Source of the DNA: Candidatus Poribacteria bacterium
GTDB taxonomy: Bacteria; Poribacteria; WGA-4E; WGA-3G
DNA: 64,000 nucleotides
Direction of reading: 5' to 3'
NCBI GenBank assembly: GCA_965205025.1
Contig: CBDBFU010000015.1
Span: 256,001 to 320,000 of the forward strand
Below, in pieces: positions 61,111 through 64,000 of the stretch. The translations under genes were made by a program, and so were the position numbers. The notes below the pieces were generated by a model. That model was given only the letters and a program-made list of their open reading frames with translations. It was not told the DNA's origin and ran no database searches. How positions within the stretch are numbered: the stretch's first letter is position 1; the number at the start of each line of letters is the position of its first letter.

Positions 61111-61824
61111 ATGGTTACATTACTTCCAAATACTCTTGATCAGATATGTAGTCATGCAAAGACAGAATTTCCTGATGAATGCTGTGGTGTCATACTCCAG
61201 ACAGATTCTCAGGAATTCGTCAGACCTTGCCGTAATATCCAGAATGAGATGCATAAGGAAGATCCAATTACATATCCTCGTGATGCTCGAACAGCATACT
61301 TAATGCATCCTGATGACTTAATATCTATACATAAAGAGGTAGATACCAAGAATCGACCAATTAAGGCATTCTACCATTCACATCCAAACCACGAGGCATA
61401 TTTCTCAGAAAAAGATAAAAAAGACGCAATGGCATGGGGTGAACCGACCTACCCTGGTGTATCCTATCTTGTGATTTCAATTTATGAAGATAATATTCGT
61501 GTTATCAAAGCATTTGAATGGGATGAAACGAAGTCCGATTTTATTGAAGTTCCTTTCCAAATCCCTCCATCAGGTGTAACACAGTGGAGATCAATTAAAG
61601 TACGCCTTACTTTTCCACCAGAAAAAATTACTGAACCAATTATATTCAATATTGGTAAAGAGTACGGAGTGATAACCAATATCCGTCGCGCAAATGTTAC
61701 CGAAGAATCTGGTTGGGTCATGTTAGAGATGCAAGGAACTTCAGAAGAATTAGAACGTGCTATAGATTACCTGAAAAATATAAAAGTCCAAGTTGAACCT
61801 GTGGAAGGTGATGTGGTACAATAA
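61111..61824 (+). CDS. JAB/MPN+ (Mec-like) metallopeptidase fused to a NIL domain
   Basis: P.ECCG, YHSHP...AYFS.KD; C-terminal LTFP..I.EPII...NIRRANV...GWV.LE..G...VEP.EGDVV. Confidence 0.88.
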   Translation: MVTLLPNTLDQICSHAKTEFPDECCGVILQTDSQEFVRPCRNIQNEMHKEDPITYPRDARTAYLMHPDDLISIHKEVDTKNRPIKAFYHSHPNHEAYFSEKDKKDAMAWGEPTYPGVSYLVISIYEDNIRVIKAFEWDETKSDFIEVPFQIPPSGVTQWRSIKVRLTFPPEKITEPIIFNIGKEYGVITNIRRANVTEESGWVMLEMQGTSEELERAIDYLKNIKVQVEPVEGDVVQ

Positions 61825-61872
61825 CTACATCACGAATATTTCTCAACACCCTATATCCATACAGAGAGATAG

Positions 61873-64000
61873 ATGCAATTTCTGCAACTTGGCTGGTTCG
61901 ACCCCTTCCGAAAATTATTTCCTGATTTCAATTTAGTTTACGATACCACTCTCCGTACGTATTTACGTATCATTACAATATCAGCGTTTTCACTTGCTAT
62001 TGGAATTGGATTCACACTCAAAAACTATCTTGTCTTTGAATTCCATAACACATCTGGTGTAGTGGGTTGGATTAGTCAAAATCAATATCCTAAACAACAA
62101 GAAATATTCTATTACCTTCTTGCCCTAATTGGTATTCCAATTACTATTTTCGTATATTGGATTGGATGGTTAATCTATTCCAAATGGGTCGTAAAGGTCA
62201 CTCAAAAACCAATTAAACATGTACTCAGACAGTCTGCTCTTGCTTCTTTACCATTGTGGTTATGTTGGGTTCAGTTGATAAATTATAATGGTAGTAGTTG
62301 GATTTGGTTAATACTACCCATCGGATTATCACTCTTTTTGAAGGCTAGTTTAATTCTCACTAAACCGAGATCTACTCAAGTTGATAGTACTAAGGACACT
62401 CTCACACAATCAGACATTTCATCGGATGAATACATACGTCCAAGAACAAGAGGGTTATTGATACTTTATCAATGCTTTGCGTATATCCTTCTGCCTATTT
62501 TGATCTACCTACTACTATATAATGGTAATATTAATGGTGGTATAGATATGTTCCATGAAGGGGAAAGGGTTGCACCATTAAACGAAATGTTACATGGTGG
62601 TGTAGTTTTCAAAGATATATACGTGCAGCATGGACTCTTTCAAAACGCCTACTTGGCTTGGTTCGGTAGTAAGTTCTTTGGTCCTACATTGATGGGTGTC
62701 CGCTCAATGGAACGTGTATTAAATCCACTTGGATATGTGGCTTTGTACTTGCTTGGATTGCAAATCTTTCGTGGTGGCGTAATTACCTCATTCATTTGCT
62801 TTCTTATATCTTCAGGGAACAACTTTTCTGTATCTGCCAGACACACACTTGGATTACTTGCCTTTGCCTTCATAGCTAATTATCTCTCCTCTCATCGTGA
62901 TAATGGGTTATTTATTAGATTAGAGAAGGAATCATCTAACAATAGTGAATGGGTTTCAAGGATAATCTCATCAGGTTGGAAGATTATAGTTGGAGGTATT
63001 TTTACCAGTTTAGCATTTTGGTATAGTACTGAAATAGGGTTGTACACACTTGGAGCAATCGGACTTTTTCTTTTTATATATAGTTTGCAGAGAGAAATTC
63101 CGTTGAATACGCGTCCATTGCCACTCCTAAGTTATTGTATTGGACTCTTATTAGGATTTCTCCCGATAGGCATCTATTTCTTGTCCCATGGTGCTTTAGA
63201 TGATGTAATTTGGAATTCGTATATTCAGTGTAAATATCAACTTGCAACGTGGGGTCTTGCTTTTCCAAGTCTATCTGGAACTCTAAATATTCTTAAAGAC
63301 CAAGGATGGAAAGCATTCATACTGAGTGAGAAATTTCGATGGTATCTTCCAATTTGTGTCTATGTATTGACAGTAGTTTACCTAACATATAAACGCTTAT
63401 CAAGTAATGAAACTTATCCTATCTATGCGTTGAAATTGTTGCTGGTTTTGTTGGGAGGAATCGCATTTTTCCGTACTGCCCTTGGTAGATCTGATGGTGG
63501 ACACTTACACTTTGGGGCAACGTTTCTATGGATTCTATGTCTCTTCCCTTTTGACAGAGTATGGTCTGGAATATTTATTGATCTATTTAAGAAGAGGACT
63601 GATAACAACTTGGAAATGCCAAGAGATAGAATTAGTAAACAGGTGATTTTGAAAACGGTGTTGATAATTATTCCAACCCTTCTCTGTCTAGGGTATGTTA
63701 GTCAAGTACATAATCCATTGCAGAATTTTGAGGGGAGATGGAAACACGTACAGAATAATCCGTTTAATAGAACACTTGCCCCAGAGGAATTTAAACGTGC
63801 AGGACAAGTGGATATTCCTGATGACCAAGTTGAACAAATACAGAAGGTTGTATCTTACATACAGGAGAACACTGCCCCAGAGGAGAAGATATTTGATTTT
63901 ACGAGCCAAGGTGCGTATTTTTTCTTTGCGAATAGACCCAGTGTAACCCGTTATTTCATGGTGTGTTATGCCTCAACTCCAGGAATGCAGCGGGAGGTGG
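61873..64000 (+). CDS. Large polytopic membrane protein, GT-C/ArnT-like glycosyltransferase (runs off the window)
   Basis: Not in the ORF track; translated by hand from ATG 61873; many TM segments, DMFHEGE..P...HGG.VFKDIY.QHG, GRSD.GHL, YIQENT...IFDF......F.ANRP..TRY. Confidence 0.75.
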   Translation, partial: MQFLQLGWFDPFRKLFPDFNLVYDTTLRTYLRIITISAFSLAIGIGFTLKNYLVFEFHNTSGVVGWISQNQYPKQQEIFYYLLALIGIPITIFVYWIGWLIYSKWVVKVTQKPIKHVLRQSALASLPLWLCWVQLINYNGSSWIWLILPIGLSLFLKASLILTKPRSTQVDSTKDTLTQSDISSDEYIRPRTRGLLILYQCFAYILLPILIYLLLYNGNINGGIDMFHEGERVAPLNEMLHGGVVFKDIYVQHGLFQNAYLAWFGSKFFGPTLMGVRSMERVLNPLGYVALYLLGLQIFRGGVITSFICFLISSGNNFSVSARHTLGLLAFAFIANYLSSHRDNGLFIRLEKESSNNSEWVSRIISSGWKIIVGGIFTSLAFWYSTEIGLYTLGAIGLFLFIYSLQREIPLNTRPLPLLSYCIGLLLGFLPIGIYFLSHGALDDVIWNSYIQCKYQLATWGLAFPSLSGTLNILKDQGWKAFILSEKFRWYLPICVYVLTVVYLTYKRLSSNETYPIYALKLLLVLLGGIAFFRTALGRSDGGHLHFGATFLWILCLFPFDRVWSGIFIDLFKKRTDNNLEMPRDRISKQVILKTVLIIIPTLLCLGYVSQVHNPLQNFEGRWKHVQNNPFNRTLAPEEFKRAGQVDIPDDQVEQIQKVVSYIQENTAPEEKIFDFTSQGAYFFFANRPSVTRYFMVCYASTPGMQREV

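Overview
AT-rich bacterial chromosomal window, probably Candidatus Poribacteria or a close relative. The assignment rests on gene content: multiple LamG proteins with an 'AVEPxxKLxxxWGxLK' tail, expanded phytanoyl-CoA dioxygenase paralogs, and WD40/metallopeptidase proteins with an 'LLANYPNPFNPETWIPYQL' C-terminal domain. The window holds housekeeping genes (pheA, queG, acs, moeA, ggt), a CymR-like/cysK/APS-reductase/sulfur-carrier/JAB sulfur operon, an outer-membrane operon (TPR, CsgG/LpoB-like lipoprotein, peptidase-PD40-Omp85, UPF0182), PQQ beta-propellers next to an EhpF-like ligase, an IS630 with matching MITEs, and several REP/MITE families. The main hidden feature is an 81-codon minus-strand gene missing from the ORF track (16783-17028). 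It has a strong RBS and a DUF5069-like sequence, with an in-frame UGA at the family's Cys position (EYIYP-U-PQD) followed by a SECIS-like hairpin, making it a candidate selenoprotein. Other leads: a shared short C-terminal sorting-like motif on five secreted proteins, HxG-type PhyH paralogs (possible halogenases), CysK-docking-like Ile tails on both the Rrf2 regulator and APS reductase, and MITE shells carrying different REP cargo. All family assignments come from motif recognition; no database searches were run.
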